Shown: positions 12,917 to 25,327 of the stretch, piece by piece
How positions within the stretch are numbered: position 1 is the first letter of the stretch
Layout of the letters: every line of letters starts with the position of its first letter
Assembly: GCA_050273025.1 (NCBI GenBank)
Contig: CP158635.1
Span: 9,052,001-9,116,000 of the forward strand
Reading direction: 5' to 3'
DNA from: Cenococcum geophilum
Lineage: Eukaryota
DNA: 64,000 nt
Made by a program: the position numbers and the translations under genes
The notes under the pieces: generated by a model
The model's input: the letters and a program-made list of their open reading frames with translations, nothing else
What the model was told of the DNA's origin: nothing
Database searches by the model: none

Positions 12917-13689
12917 TCTCTGTAACTATTAATTAGGACTATAAGTAGTTATACTTAAGCAGCAAGAATACTTACTGCTAAAGTGGAAAATCTAGCTAGG
13001 GTAATTATTATAGTTTAATTAAAGGACCTATTATATCCCTTAAAACTAAGAGTTAATTTTTCTAAAGAATAAGTTTATATTAGCGTAAATTAAAATCGAG
13101 ATTCCTTAAGCGCTGTGGCTTTAGGCAGTACGTCCTTAGCACACTACTATTAACTACTTATTGTTCCCGCTAACGCTATAGTACGCGCTAAGCAGAAATC
13201 TAATTTAAGATTTTTAAATCTATTCTACGCGCATAAAATAAAGTAGTAGTTATTAGTGGTCCTTATATTCTAATTTATAAACTCTTTATTCTAATCTTTA
13301 CTCTTTCCCCTTATACGTCTTTTATAAGTTTGGAATATATAGTAAGCTTTTATAATTCTTTAACGACCTACATAAACTTTATAAAATAGTATATAAGTCT
13401 ATAAAGAATCCTTAAATGCTAGATTATATTACTCTATAGTCTAAAAGATAAAAGAAAAAGTATGCTATTAATTTAATAAATTCTCCGCTTCTTAAAATGT
13501 TACTAAAATTGTTACCTATTAGTATATTTTATTCTATGCCCCTTAAAGGTTCTTTATAGGTGTTACCTATTAAGTAAATTCCGTCCTTTTTAGAAGGCGA
13601 GGTAACTAGAACTTCTGTATAATAATATAACACCCTAAGAATAACCCTATAGCTAATACTAAGATAGTTAAGCTATAGTAATGTTATAT

Positions 13690-14093
13690 TAGATAAATAG
13701 GGCCCTAATAGATCTCTAATAGGCAATGCTTTTAAAGAAGATGGAATAAGACCTAGAATTAAAACAACTCTATTAGATAAGGGTAAAGTTTATATATAAA
13801 CTCTAGAAAAACGGCAATAACTTAGGTTTAGTAGACGAAGTAGTATATTATTTAAAAAAGCTATAAGCTTAGCGGTCTGATTAAAGCTAAAATATTTATA
13901 ATGGTGCGTTATAAGGGAAAGTACTTTATCTATATTTCTAATAAGAGCTCATTCTGGCTAGAAAAGCTTTTATAAGTAAAAGATCTCCTTAGGAATTTCT
14001 TAATATACTATTACTAATCTATTAGAGGGATCTGAGGTTATTATTATCCCTACTAATATTAAAGCTATTAAAGCTTGGGAGTGTATGTTTTAA
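13690..14093 (+). pseudogene. Small MADS-box/SRF-type domain gene 1
   Basis: KRQ*LRFSRRSSILFKK/YKLSGLIKAKIFIMVRYKGKYFIYISNKSSFWL (1-nt frameshift), then a GT..CTAAT..AG intron and a short second exon. The start is approximate. Confidence 0.7.
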
Positions 14094-14416
14094 GTTAAGC
14101 TTTAATAGGTATTTTCTAGGGGATTTAATAAGGATATTAAGTTACTGCTTTAGACTATCTATATATTTACTATAAATTTAAAATTTAAGTTCTATTTTAT
14201 ATTTAATAGATATAGTTTTTAATTAGTAAAGCGTAACTATGCTTTAAATTTATAAGTTATAATTTAATCTACTAAATTTTTTACTGCATAATTTAGAACC
14301 TAATTCGCTATTAAATAATTAATATATCTATATAGGTGGTGTATATTTTAATTTTACCCTTTAGTAATATAGGCGGGCTTATAACTATTAGCTAATTTTA
14401 AACCTAGTATAATATA

Positions 14417-15240
14417 TAGAGACTTCCTCTAACTAGATCTTTAGGGAGAGTAACTTCTATTTTATACCACAAATCGTTCCCTTTAAAAGACTTATAATGC
14501 TACTGTGGTAAAACCCTCCGGCGGTGCAATTCTGGGCTACTATTAATTTAGTAGTAGGTACTATTATTAAATAATACTTCTTTAAGAAGATGTCCTTTAG
14601 TATTACTGCCGTTACTATCCAGTGTCTATATATTATAAATCCCCTTAAGAGTATCTAATAATAAAGACTAATCCGTTCTATAGACGAAGATATTTCTAAA
14701 GGAAATTTTACTAAAGGTCTAATTAAGTAGGGTAATATAGCTATTCTCCTAATATATTAGTAGTAAAGTACTACCGGAATAGGCAGATAATATTAAACTT
14801 CCTACTATCTAATTAGGCTGTAATTAACTATCTTTATATAAGATTAGTAAATAGAAGAATATTATTATTATAAGTATTAGGAGGAAGAAGATATATTATA
14901 GACAGATCTTTAAATTTGGGGGTCTATGGTACTTATAATAAGTTTAGCTAAATATTAGAGTTTTTATAATAAGTATTTCTTACTATATACTTAAGGAAAT
15001 CTAGGAAATCCTTTAAGTATTCCACCAGTAGCGAGAACTAGTATTCTCTCTACCTATATATACGCGGATGCGGATTATAAAAATTAAATAGCAATATAAA
15101 ATATCTAAGCTATATATAATATGGCTATTAGTATTAATAAGGTGGTGTTATAAGATACTATAGGGAAGACTACCTTAGAATAAGTTTATAATACTACTAT
15201 AAAAGAGCTTAAAGGGAATGCGTAGAATTTATATAGGTAA
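14417..15240 (+). pseudogene. RIPed hypothetical gene
   Basis: A long frame with TAA/TAG stops follows an intron-like segment at ~14557-14586. No domain recognised. Confidence 0.35.
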
Positions 15241-15599
15241 TATTAGACTAAATATATAATATAGTTTACTATTCTATATTCCTAGTAATTTTATTAACTT
15301 TTTTATTTTTAGTCTTTAGGTTATTTAATAGATATAATAAGTATAAAAAGTACTCTATTTACTCTTAGGGGGCTATATTAATAACTAATATAGAATTAAT
15401 AGGGATATTGTTTAGTATTAGTTATATAAGGCACTAAATTTATAAGCCCGCTTACCTATAAATAAAATGCGTTCATACTAGATATCTATCTACTTTTATT
15501 AAACCAACCCTTTGCGTAAGAATTGTTAAGTATTTACCCTAATTACTGCTTAGATATACCTCTACCTTAAGTATAATATACTTATTAGAGCTAGTATCT

Positions 15600-17150
15600 C
15601 TACGCTTTCTCTACTACATTTTATTTATAATTCCCCTTTTTCTTTTAAGAGATATTACCTCCTTTTTTAGCTTCTAGTTAGCCTTCTCTAGTATCTTAAT
15701 TTTAATTTCTATCTATAGATAGCTTATCTATAGAGCGATAGCGTAACTAGGATTGCTGCTATTAAATATATTATTAGTAATATCTAAGACGGTAAGTCCT
15801 AACCTAACTGCGATATATATGTATACTTATAATAACTTCTAGGCTATAACGCTAAGTTAATCTCTTTTATACTTTAATTTAGAGCCTTAGTAGTTCCGGT
15901 TTTAGCTTTAGCTTTAGTACCCTATTAGTAAGGCCTCTTACTACTATAGTATGGGAAGCATTCCTTATCTTTAGAAGCGCCTTTCCCCTAATAGACACGC
16001 CCTTTGCTCTAGATCTCTCTACATATCTTTCTCCGTCACTTATTATTTCGCTATTACTTATATTAATTATTCTTTTTGCGTCCTTTATTATTAATGTTTA
16101 ATTAGCTAACTTTAGGACGGAATATATACTGTAGATTACTTAAGAAGTGTTTTATATAGGCTCCTAATAAGGGGATGTAAGGTCCTTTTATATTCTCCTT
16201 CCTATTTATATACAAGGCTAGACGGAGCCTTAAACCCTACTAGTAGTATAATTAATGCCTATTACCTAGGCTAATATAAAACGTATAGGTTATAATATAT
16301 AAGCTTACTCCGCCTTTATAGGAGTGAGGTATTATATAGAAGAGGCTATTACTACTTTCTTTTTAATACGCTAGACCGTATTCTATATATAGCTAAGCCC
16401 ACTTTACTAATATCCTAATATTTGGTTAGATAAGATTTTAATCTATATATCTTAGACCGCAGCTTCTTATACTATAGCTAAGACGTTTATAGATTTATCT
16501 GTAACGGTTAAAGGGGCTTAAAGTATTACTATAAAGTTATTATTAAACGCTATTTTACTTAGCTGCCTTTAAGAGTAACGGAGTACTAAATTGTAATAGG
16601 TGCAAAGAATCCTAGCGCTTTATACTTAGAGCTGCTTTTAGTGACTTTAGTAGTATATTAAGACTACTTATAATTTAATAAGTAATAGTAGCTAAGTACT
16701 GCTTATAAAGCTAGAGACTAGTACGTTAATTCTTCTACACTAATGCAATATATTTTAGTTAGGTATTTATATTTAGTAACAGCTTAGCCAATAATTACCC
16801 CTAGCAATGCCTCCTTTAATTTAAACAGCTACTATTAGATTTAGTTAAGCAGCCTATACTTTTAGGTGTAGATAGTATACTAAGTAAGGAGTAATTATAG
16901 CTAACGGATATTACGCGCCAGCTTTAGAGTAAAGGGGCCGCTAATATACTTTGCCTTATTTAGGTAATATTAGTCTCCCATTTTAAACTTAGCCTTAGCT
17001 CTATTAAGTAGTAGAGGAAATATTATAAAGGTAGCATTTACCTTACCTCTAAATGTCCTTAGATTAAGCTACCTTTCCTTTAAATACTAAGCCTTGCTAA
17101 AATATAGTTCTTTTCTATGCTTGTTAAATAAGTCCTATTATATATAATAC
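15600..17150 (-). pseudogene. RIPed hypothetical gene
   Basis: Protein-like minus frame (MGD*YYLNKAKYISGPFTLKLARNIR*L*...) with a GTAAGC intron near 16260-16310. Boundaries approximate. Confidence 0.35.
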
Positions 17151-17926
17151 CTTAGATAAACCTAAATTAGATTACTAATAATTCTTATAGGTCTGGAGGA
17201 AGAGCTTAGGAGACGATCTATATATACCCTAGCTTTATATATTTTATACCTTATAATTAAGAATGGGAAGAGGATAGTAATAAAGATAGTGATAAAGAGA
17301 CGGTGGTTTTAAACTATAGTAATAAGTTACGGAGTTCTGGCTACCCTATTAATAGATTATACCAAAATAACCTAGTAGAAGGGCGAATTAATACTACTAA
17401 TATCGATAAACTAAGCCGGAGCGATGATAACGGATTATTAAGTAACAATAGAAAACTTAGGATTTGGTATAATTTAGTAGGTAAGACTCTATAAGTGTAA
17501 TACTATATAAAAGAATAAAGTAGAAATTTAATAAGAAATTATAGGACGCCTATAGAACGCCTAATGGTTCATCTATATCTTAAAATCCCTACTTTTATCT
17601 TTTTTAGCTTAATCTCTTCTAAGGTCTATATAATTTACGATAATCTTTTAAGTCTTTTAATATAGGCAGAAAATTTTATTTACTGTATTACCGATAAAGG
17701 ACAACTAATATATAATAATAACCCCTAAACTCTATAAGTTTTTTTAAGCTTAAACACTTATATTCTAAGTAAGTACCAGTTATATTTAAGGTTAGTAGGC
17801 TTATAGATTTATATATTAAAGAGTTAAAGAATAATATCTAGTATATACTCTTTAGCGCTTATTTTATCTATTGCAATCTACTAAGTAGGATTATATATCT
17901 CTACTAATGTAGTAGAAAAGGGTTAG

Positions 17927-18351
17927 TGTTACGGACGCTTTAAGTACAATATTACGACTACTTGGAGAAGAGACGGAAGAAGCTAGTTGGTTAATTCAGG
18001 CATAGTCCGGAATGGAGCCGATAGAACTATGTGATGAGGAATAGTAACTGAGGTTATATAATATGCTATGTATTAAACGAGAGGAATAAGAGGAACTTAC
18101 GTACCTTATATATAAGACGTATATCACGTATAAGAAGGATTTTATAGGAGTACGGTTGTGTATTTAAGGACCCTTAATCCCTACCTAGATAGTTCCTTCT
18201 TTATAGTAATTCTCAGAATATAATTGGAGTTAATCTGTTAGGCAACCACTCCACCAGTTGTTATTACGTTGTTAACTTTTGTACTTGCATTTCCTACACA
18301 CCTAGCCCATTAACGAGCCTATCGTAGTTCTTGCTACAAGGTTCCGTTACA
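17927..18351 (+). mobile_element. Solo LTR of Gypsy family A (425 bp)
   Basis: TGTTACGG...CCGTTACA, homologous to the LTRs at 35090 and 48972. Perfect 5-bp TSD GTTAG at 17922-17926 and 18352-18356. Confidence 0.97.
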
Positions 18352-18599
18352 GTTAGAAGGAAATATAGTAGGATTTTTACTTATCGCCAAATTTGTAGGG
18401 CTTCTCCTATAGGAATTTCTCTAGTTCTTTAAGATTAAAGTTATTTTTATTTTTATATATCTACTATTAGTACTTTCTTAGCACCTGCTTTATATATATA
18501 CTTGCTAAAATAGTTTTCTAATTATTACCCTTTTCTTTTAAAGAAGCTTCTTAAATTAGGGCTTAAAAATTAGTTTACCCTCTATTAAGGGTTCTAATG

Positions 18600-20163
18600 C
18601 TATGCGATTAGTTAGATAAGAAGACTATTAGGAAGTATAACTATCGATAAAAGTACTTTCTCTATTACTTTTATTTAGTTCTTAGCTAAAATATAGCTGC
18701 CTTTTAATCGTATTTAAGCTTTTTATAATATAATCGTGATGCTATTACTCTATATTACGAAGCTTCTAGATTTCTATACGCAAAGAGCGTATAACTATAG
18801 TTTATTTAATAAGTATATTAATCTTACTTTTTTATAGTATACTTTTATTTAATAAAGTTATATTAAAGCTATAAAAACAATTTACCAATTCTAAGGCTAA
18901 AGCTTTGCTTACTTATCCATTATTTCTAGTAATCTATACCTATTTTACTAATAACCCTACGCTAAACTATTTTAAAGCTAAGAAATTTAGCAGTATTTCT
19001 AGCTCTTATTAGTATTAATATAAAGAAGCTTATATAAATACCGCACATTTTAGCGGCTAGAGAAGAGTTACTCTAAGATTAATATTTCTACCTAAATCTA
19101 TATAACGTAGGTAAAAGTAATACCACTTTTTAAGCGCTATGCTATGGTTTCTAAGGTATATAGTGTAAGTAAGAGTTAGGAGATAAAGCCGTGGCGTATT
19201 TAGCCAGCTCTGCTATAATTAAGAAGAAGTTTAAGAATATAGTTCTTACTTTATCTAGAATTAAATAAGGGGCTCTACATATTAGTATTTAGGGGTAGCC
19301 CTAATAAGTTAATTATTGCTTAAAGCTAATAATCTAATTAAGCTAAGTTTTACACTCGGAATTAAATAGGGGACTTATTTAATATTATAAGAAGCTTATA
19401 TATTCTATATAACCTTATCTTTATAACTCTCTTAAATATAGTATATACTCATGTTTAGTAAATTAAGAAACTGTTTCTAACTACTGGTGGCTATAGATTA
19501 TATAAGTCTTGCCGCTAGCACTAAAACTCTTTCTACAAACTTCTAGCCCCTAATAATATAGAGAGCAGCTTAATTTTAAAGCGCTTAAAAGTGGCTAAAG
19601 TACCTAAAGAAGAAAGCCTAAAGCGTGTAAAGGTTTTTAAAGAAGCTTTCTAGCGTTACCCTTGGCCGTAAGGTTATAAAGTCCTTACTAAGGCAGTACT
19701 TTTACAAAATTCTTTAAAGTATATTAAGCTTCTACTAACTAGCTAAAATCCCGATTGTAGTGCCTTTAGCTCCCTATTTATACCTTTTAGTGCAAATCCG
19801 GACTTAAATATATAGCCTTATAATCCTTAAAGAGCTCTAACGCGTCTTAGAGATCTTATATAAGGAAATTAGCTATAGATAATTTGTGTTAATAAGGGCA
19901 TAAATAAAATAATAATAGTAAAAAGGCTAGAAGTGGAGAAAGGCAAGGTAAAACTTATAAAATTTTAACTGCTTTATTACAGAAACATTTCTTAACTAGT
20001 TAAGTATTCTTAGATAACGATTGGATATACCTTAGCTATAAATATTCTTATTTTACTCTAAAGGAGATTCTTTATATTTACTTACGTTTCTAAAAACGGC
20101 AGATATAAGTTATTACGATATTAGTAAGTTAAATAATATTACTAAAGCTTATTAAAGCACTAA
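18600..20163 (+). pseudogene. RIPed hypothetical multi-exon gene(s)
   Basis: Extended protein-like frames (e.g. KVFKEAF*RYPWP*GYKVLTKAVLLQNS..) and an intron at ~19110-19163. No domain recognised. Confidence 0.4.
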
Positions 20164-20365
20164 ATTAGTATAAATCTTTAATGTAATTAAGTATATTAAT
20201 ACGGTAGGGTTATTTTATAGATCCGTTACTCTAAACGCAGTTAGAATTTGCGGCCGTAGTAGGTATATCTTTTTGTATAGCCACTTTAATTAATTCTACC
20301 TTTATATTAAAATCTAACGTTTTATAGCTAATTTTAAAGAATATACCTAGTAATTAGCGTCCTTA

Positions 20366-20662
20366 ATGTTAAACTTAAACCTAGAATAACTTAAATATAT
20401 AGTGCTTAAATATATAAACGGGTGGCCGTGGAAAGACCTTCGCGAAGTTAACTTTATTAGATAATAAAGGGCAAAGAATAGGGTTTTTAGTCTTAAATAG
20501 CTAGATAGGTGGAGCGGATATAAAGTTTTAAATAACTTTTTAGAGGAGCTTTTTAATACTAAGAAGCTAGTAATCGTAAAGTTAGATAAACTAGTATATT
20601 ATACTAGTTTTAATATTTATAGACTGCTTATTATAAAAGCACCTATATATATTACAGTATAA
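20366..20662 (+). pseudogene. Small RIPed hypothetical gene (99 codons)
   Basis: ATG..TAA single frame (..YINGWPWKDLREVNF..LDRWSGY..) with only TAA/TAG internal stops. Confidence 0.45.
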
Positions 20663-21548
20663 CCTTAACTACTTTTACCTACTACTATTTATTAAGCTTG
20701 TTTCACTAGAGTAATTTAAGCTTTAGCGTGTATTAGAAGATAGCTTAGCTAAGTAAAAGGGATAATTTAGATATACTTAGTTTATAAAATATAAAACATT
20801 ATATTTTATAATATTTAAACTTAATAATATTTAAGATTATTTATATCTAATGGGGTTTTCACTAATACCCTAGTTTTGACTGAGCTAGCGTACCGCCTCT
20901 ATTTTTATTGTTTAGCTAAAATTAAAGTAACGTATATTTAAAAGGTAGTATTATGCTAAGGCTTACCTAGGTATAATAGATATAACTTAAATAAAGCTTT
21001 AATATTCCTTTTAGTTAAATCTAGGGTATTAGTCAAAACCCATTACCTACGCTATTTTTACTTAGCTTTAGATACTAAAATCTATTAAAATTATTTTAGT
21101 AAACGTTAGAGAAAAAAGAAAATAGAAAATAGCTCTATAGCATCCTATTACCTTTAGTAATTAGCGCGGCTATATCTACATGGCCTTTTTATAGGGGAAG
21201 TTTTAGTATTTTTATAGTTTAAGGGAAAGTTAATAAAATACACTAACTACCAGATACGCTAGGAGGCTATAGTATAAATTTATATTTTATACCTATAACC
21301 CCGCGCGTTTATAAATATAAATAATAATTTAGCCTAAGTAAGGGGTAAGCAATTTAATTATTTTTATAGTAAAGAGTTATATAATATCTTAAAGGAGTCT
21401 ATAGAGTATTACCCAACAATTAGTTTTAGATTACTTTTAGTCTTTAATCCTTTATTTACTATAAACACTCTTTCTCTATAATGGATTATTTTAATAGCTT
21501 TTTTTAGGAATGGAATCTTAAAATTTTAATAATATAACCATTACTATA

Positions 21549-22024
21549 ATGCCAATGAAACTTAATCCGGAAGCCGAAGACTTCACTCCTTACTCTCTAT
21601 CTATAAGAGAAATTAAAAGATTTTATTCTAATATACCTTTAATTAACTGGCTTTAATAAGATACTATAGAATTAAACCTATTTTAAGGCGACTTAGCTAA
21701 ATCTAATAACCTTTATAAGTAAGTGGAAGACCTTACTAGGTATAATATTAAAATCTATATCTGCTAATCCTGGAACCCTAATATAAAAATAGATAAGTAA
21801 GTAAGATGTAGGCCATAACTAAGTGTTTAAGACGCGACCTTAATACCTTAGAGGATTGGATTTGCTAGATAGTAAAGTTTAAAAAAATAATAGCTAAAAG
21901 TTTTTGCCAAATTGTAGAGTTCGAAAAGACTATAAATAAAAGTCTTAACTATATAGGAGAGGTAGAAAAGATGATAGCTAAAATTACGGAAGCTTTTAGT
22001 AATAAGTATACTAATAGAGACTAA
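21549..22024 (+). pseudogene. Small protein with N-terminal PAM2-like motif and coiled-coil-like C-terminus
   Basis: MPMKLNPEAEDFTP matches the PAM2 consensus LNPxAxEFxP. Downstream is heptad-like RDLNTLEDWIC*IVKFKKIIAKSFCQIVEFEKTI. Confidence 0.5.
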
Positions 22025-22209
22025 TTTGCTTATAGGGCAAGTTAATAGTATAGAGCTATTAGAGGAAGCTTTCTAGTTATTTAATTATATGTCCTATATC
22101 TGCTTGCGTATAATATAATAATTAAAATCACTTCTAAGTTTTAATTAGTAGCTATATAGTTTTAGCCTACGCGGAAGAAATTCCTATAGTTTTTAATGCG
22201 GTAAGGCTA

Positions 22210-23260
22210 TTTTATTTATACGGAAAGGCATTTTTTAGTAAATAGAAGTTATATAGGACTCTATTCCGTATAGGAACTAAAAAACTAAAATTAAAAGTTT
22301 AAGGGGTACTTAATCCGTATAGGATTAGCAGACTTACTTAAATAGAATACTTAGTATTTTTGTCCGTATGGGTATAAAAAAATCTAAATTTAAAAGTTTA
22401 AGGGTAGTAAGTCCGTATAGGATTAGTCGGCTTACTTAAAATAAATTATTTAGTATTTTTATCTATATAGGAATTATTATAAAACGGTATACGGAAATTA
22501 TAAATAAAAAGGATTTCTACTAAAAATCCTATATGGGATATTTTCTTTTACGCTTATGTACTAAAAATAAGATAGAGAAACTAGAACTTTATTATTTTTT
22601 TGGATATACTATTTATACGGGATGGCGTAGAAAATAAGAAAAGAAAAGCTAGTAAATTTAAATAGTTTTAAATAAAGTTCTGTATAGGATAGAAAATAAT
22701 AAAAGTATTATTTTTATAGCCACTTTTCCCGTATGGGAGAATGTTAAAAGAGGTATTTAAAAGCTGAATATAAGAAGGGAATTTTAGTAGAAATCCTGTA
22801 TAAAATATTATCTTTTATAAATATATTTTTAAAATGGAATACATATTCCTAGTTGCTATAAAAAATTTTATTAAATTATTCCGTATAGGAGAATGTTAAA
22901 AGAGGTATTTAAAAGCTAGATATAAAAAAAGAATTTTAGTAGAAATCCTATATAAAATATTATCTTTTATAAATATATTTTTAAAATAGAACACAAATTC
23001 CAGTTTTTATAAGATTTTTTTATTAAATTATTCCGTATGGGATATTATAAAAAATGGGATATAAAATCTAGGTAATTAAGTTTTAATATAGGATTAAAAT
23101 TTAGTAAATTATTATATTTATTAGCTGTTTATACTATACGGGATAAAATTAAAAATAGTACTAAAGATTTAGTAGTTAAAGGAATTATATATAAAAGTTT
23201 CCTACAGGATAAATAATCTATTAGTTAAAAGGGTTATAAATATATATCTCGTACGGGCAG
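22210..23260. repeat. Periodic array of a degenerate 12-bp palindrome (consensus TCCCGTACGGGA) in AT-rich spacers
   Basis: Copies at ~22264, 22313, 22362, 22411, 22461 (49-bp period), then 22527, 22611, 22678, 22727, 22794, 22879, 22946, 23031, 23132 and 23247. Higher-order duplications of ~98 bp and 152 bp (22727-22878 vs 22879-23030). Confidence 0.85.
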
Positions 23261-23292
23261 TTAAGCTAGTAATATTCTATACTCTATATATA

Positions 23293-24062
23293 ATGGTAAG
23301 AAAACAAGTAAGATTATTAGATTTAGGGGAGACTAGAAATATATATAGTTAGTATTACCTTTATTATACTACTTATAGCTAAAGAATATAGTGATAGCAT
23401 TGGAATAATATATAAACGCTCTAGTAGAGTGAGAGATATAATAGCATTTAGACTGCTTAAAGTAACTAAAGGAATTGCGGGCCTTTATAAGACGTTCCTA
23501 AATCTATACTAAGAGGATAAAAATTAAAGACGATAATTAATACCGTATATAAGATGACTTATTTTCTAAGTATAAAACTTATAGCTTTTAGTAGGGAAAG
23601 ATTTAAGAACTCCTCTTAAATCCGTCGCACGCATAATAGCGTTATAAGTTTTTTACTTTTTTATTAAAGAAGCTTATATAAAGAAGAATTATAAGTCGTT
23701 TTTTAATAATAAGTTAATAGCGCGTTACTAATAAATACAGTTTATCTTAGTTAGAGGAGTGTGCTTAAAGGTATTAACTTTAAGCGTCTAGCTTAGAATA
23801 TAATAAGATATAACTAAATTAGGCTATAAACAGCGAAGTTTATTCCTTAGAAAGAAATAAAATTAAGGACTTATATGGTTTCTTTATAGTATAATAGGGC
23901 TTTAGCTTCGGCATTTGTTCTAATAGGGTACAGCTTAAAGCTATAGAGGATAGCTATATAAAGGTGACTAGATCTAAATTAATAAGATAGTAATTAGAAA
24001 GTAATAGTAAGTAGAATTAACTCTTAGATAATAAAAGCCCTATATTTAATAACTCTCATTAA
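23293..24062 (+). pseudogene. RIPed hypothetical gene immediately downstream of the palindrome array
   Basis: ATG followed directly by a GTAAG donor, then a ~220-codon frame with only TAA/TAG stops (DCLK*LKELRAFIRRS..GFSFGICSNRVQLK..). Confidence 0.45.
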
Positions 24063-24314
24063 ACACCCCCCTTTAAAACTTACTTCCTATACTTATAGAT
24101 ATAAGCTTATAAAGCGATACTATATTTAATAATAATTTATCCTAAAACACTACTTAAGGACTTATAAGGATTGTTAGTAAGTTTTTTAAGGTTAATAAAG
24201 GTAATATATATAATTTAATATTATTAAAAGACTATACTTCTATATAACCTATAGGTATAGAGCTTTATAGCTATTTCTACTAAGTATTTTAGAGGTATGT
24301 AATATATAGCACTT

Positions 24315-24398
24315 AGTCCTCGAAATCGGACTCTGCACCTATACGTGGTAAGGCCTACGAACCTACTGGTCTTCGGACTCAGTAGAGCCAACGCAGAG
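24315..24398 (+). ncRNA. HDV-like self-cleaving ribozyme fold at the 5' end of the retroposon
   Basis: P1 AGTCCTC(24315-21)/AAGGCCT(24350-56); P2 CTCTGC(24331-36)/GCAGAG(24393-98); P3 ACC/GGT; L3 TATACGT; P1.1 partner AC(24357-58); P4 CTACTG-GTC-TTCG-GAC-T-CAGTAG; J4/2 GCCAA with candidate catalytic C24388. Three TpA>TpG de-RIP reversions give G.U at the cleavage site and restore P1 and P1.1; one P1 mismatch remains. Confidence 0.8.
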
Positions 24399-25327
24399 AC
24401 GTCGTATAGCTACGGGTAGGACCTGGTGGTGGTTGTGAGCGTTATAGGCGGTAGTGAAAATTTTTCAGATGGTGAGATCTTGAAAACCACTACTGTTAGC
24501 CCTCTACAATTCAGCTACTATACTATTCTCCTATTCCAACCCTGTATAATCCTTACGGATACATACGGAATCCAACGTCCCCTAACCCTCAATTAAAAGC
24601 ATTAACGACCTTATATTAATAAATAAGCGCGGATAAACAAACAAACGAGTAAATATACGGCCCCTCCTAACCCCTAGGGCGATCGCCCGCGGAGCATACG
24701 GTCACTCGCCGCCTTACTACCGTACTGACTAGCAGCTGGGTCACAAGATATGGTTATCCTCGTCTCCTCTCGACGGAGTAGTAACCCTTAGAGAGGGCCT
24801 AGCAACCGGGGCCTAGGTATAAAAGATACCCGGAGTACACACACATCCCGCTCACTATTTAGTATTAGGTAGTTAGAACGGATAAATCCCTCTTACGCCT
24901 TTAATAGGCCCTAGGGGGGGGAAGGCATGGCGTATATAGTAATAGTCAATAAGAGATAGCATATAGGGGACGGTTAATAATATAGGAAACGACAATAATA
25001 ATACACAGCGATCGATCGGTAAGGCCTAGCTGGGACGTAGTAAACCCCAGCTTAGAATAAGCTAGAGAGGGAAGTAGTAGTACCTAAGGAGTTTAAAACA
25101 TCCAAGGAGACAGGACGTAGCCGTAGGCCCGTAGGGCCGCCGCTACGGACGGATATGGCAAATCGGGGTTTTTTATCCTACTGAGGTGGCTTATAGGGTT
25201 TTTCCTCCCCTAACCCAACTGCAGGGTTTTCTTCCTGTAAATACATAAGTTTTCCCCCTGTGACGGAGTAGTCTGCGTGGGCCTAGATAGGATCCGTATT
25301 AGACGTTAATTAAAGAACTACTACTAC
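24315..25327 (+). mobile_element. Non-autonomous non-LTR retroposon (SINE/SIDE-like, ~1.0 kb)
   Basis: Flanked by the direct repeat TAATATATAGCACTT(A) at 24300-24315 and 25328-25343. It has the 3' tail AAGAACTACTACTAC, a 3' stem-loop (GTCTGCG..GTATTAGAC) and GC-richer sequence than its flanks, and no ORF. Confidence 0.9.

Noticed and set aside
17303..17494. 63-aa ORF as an intact gene
   Set aside because: It has a GTG start and is a stop-free stretch of a probably longer RIPed frame, with no recognisable domain.
22210..23260. CRISPR-like repeat-spacer array
   Set aside because: The repeat is only ~12 bp and degenerate, the spacers are partly duplicated and irregular, there are no cas genes, and the context is eukaryotic.
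24720..24815. Second ribozyme or tRNA-derived head inside the retroposon
   Set aside because: Hairpins are present, but there is no HDV P1/P2 topology, hammerhead CUGANGA/GAAA core or convincing Pol III A/B boxes.
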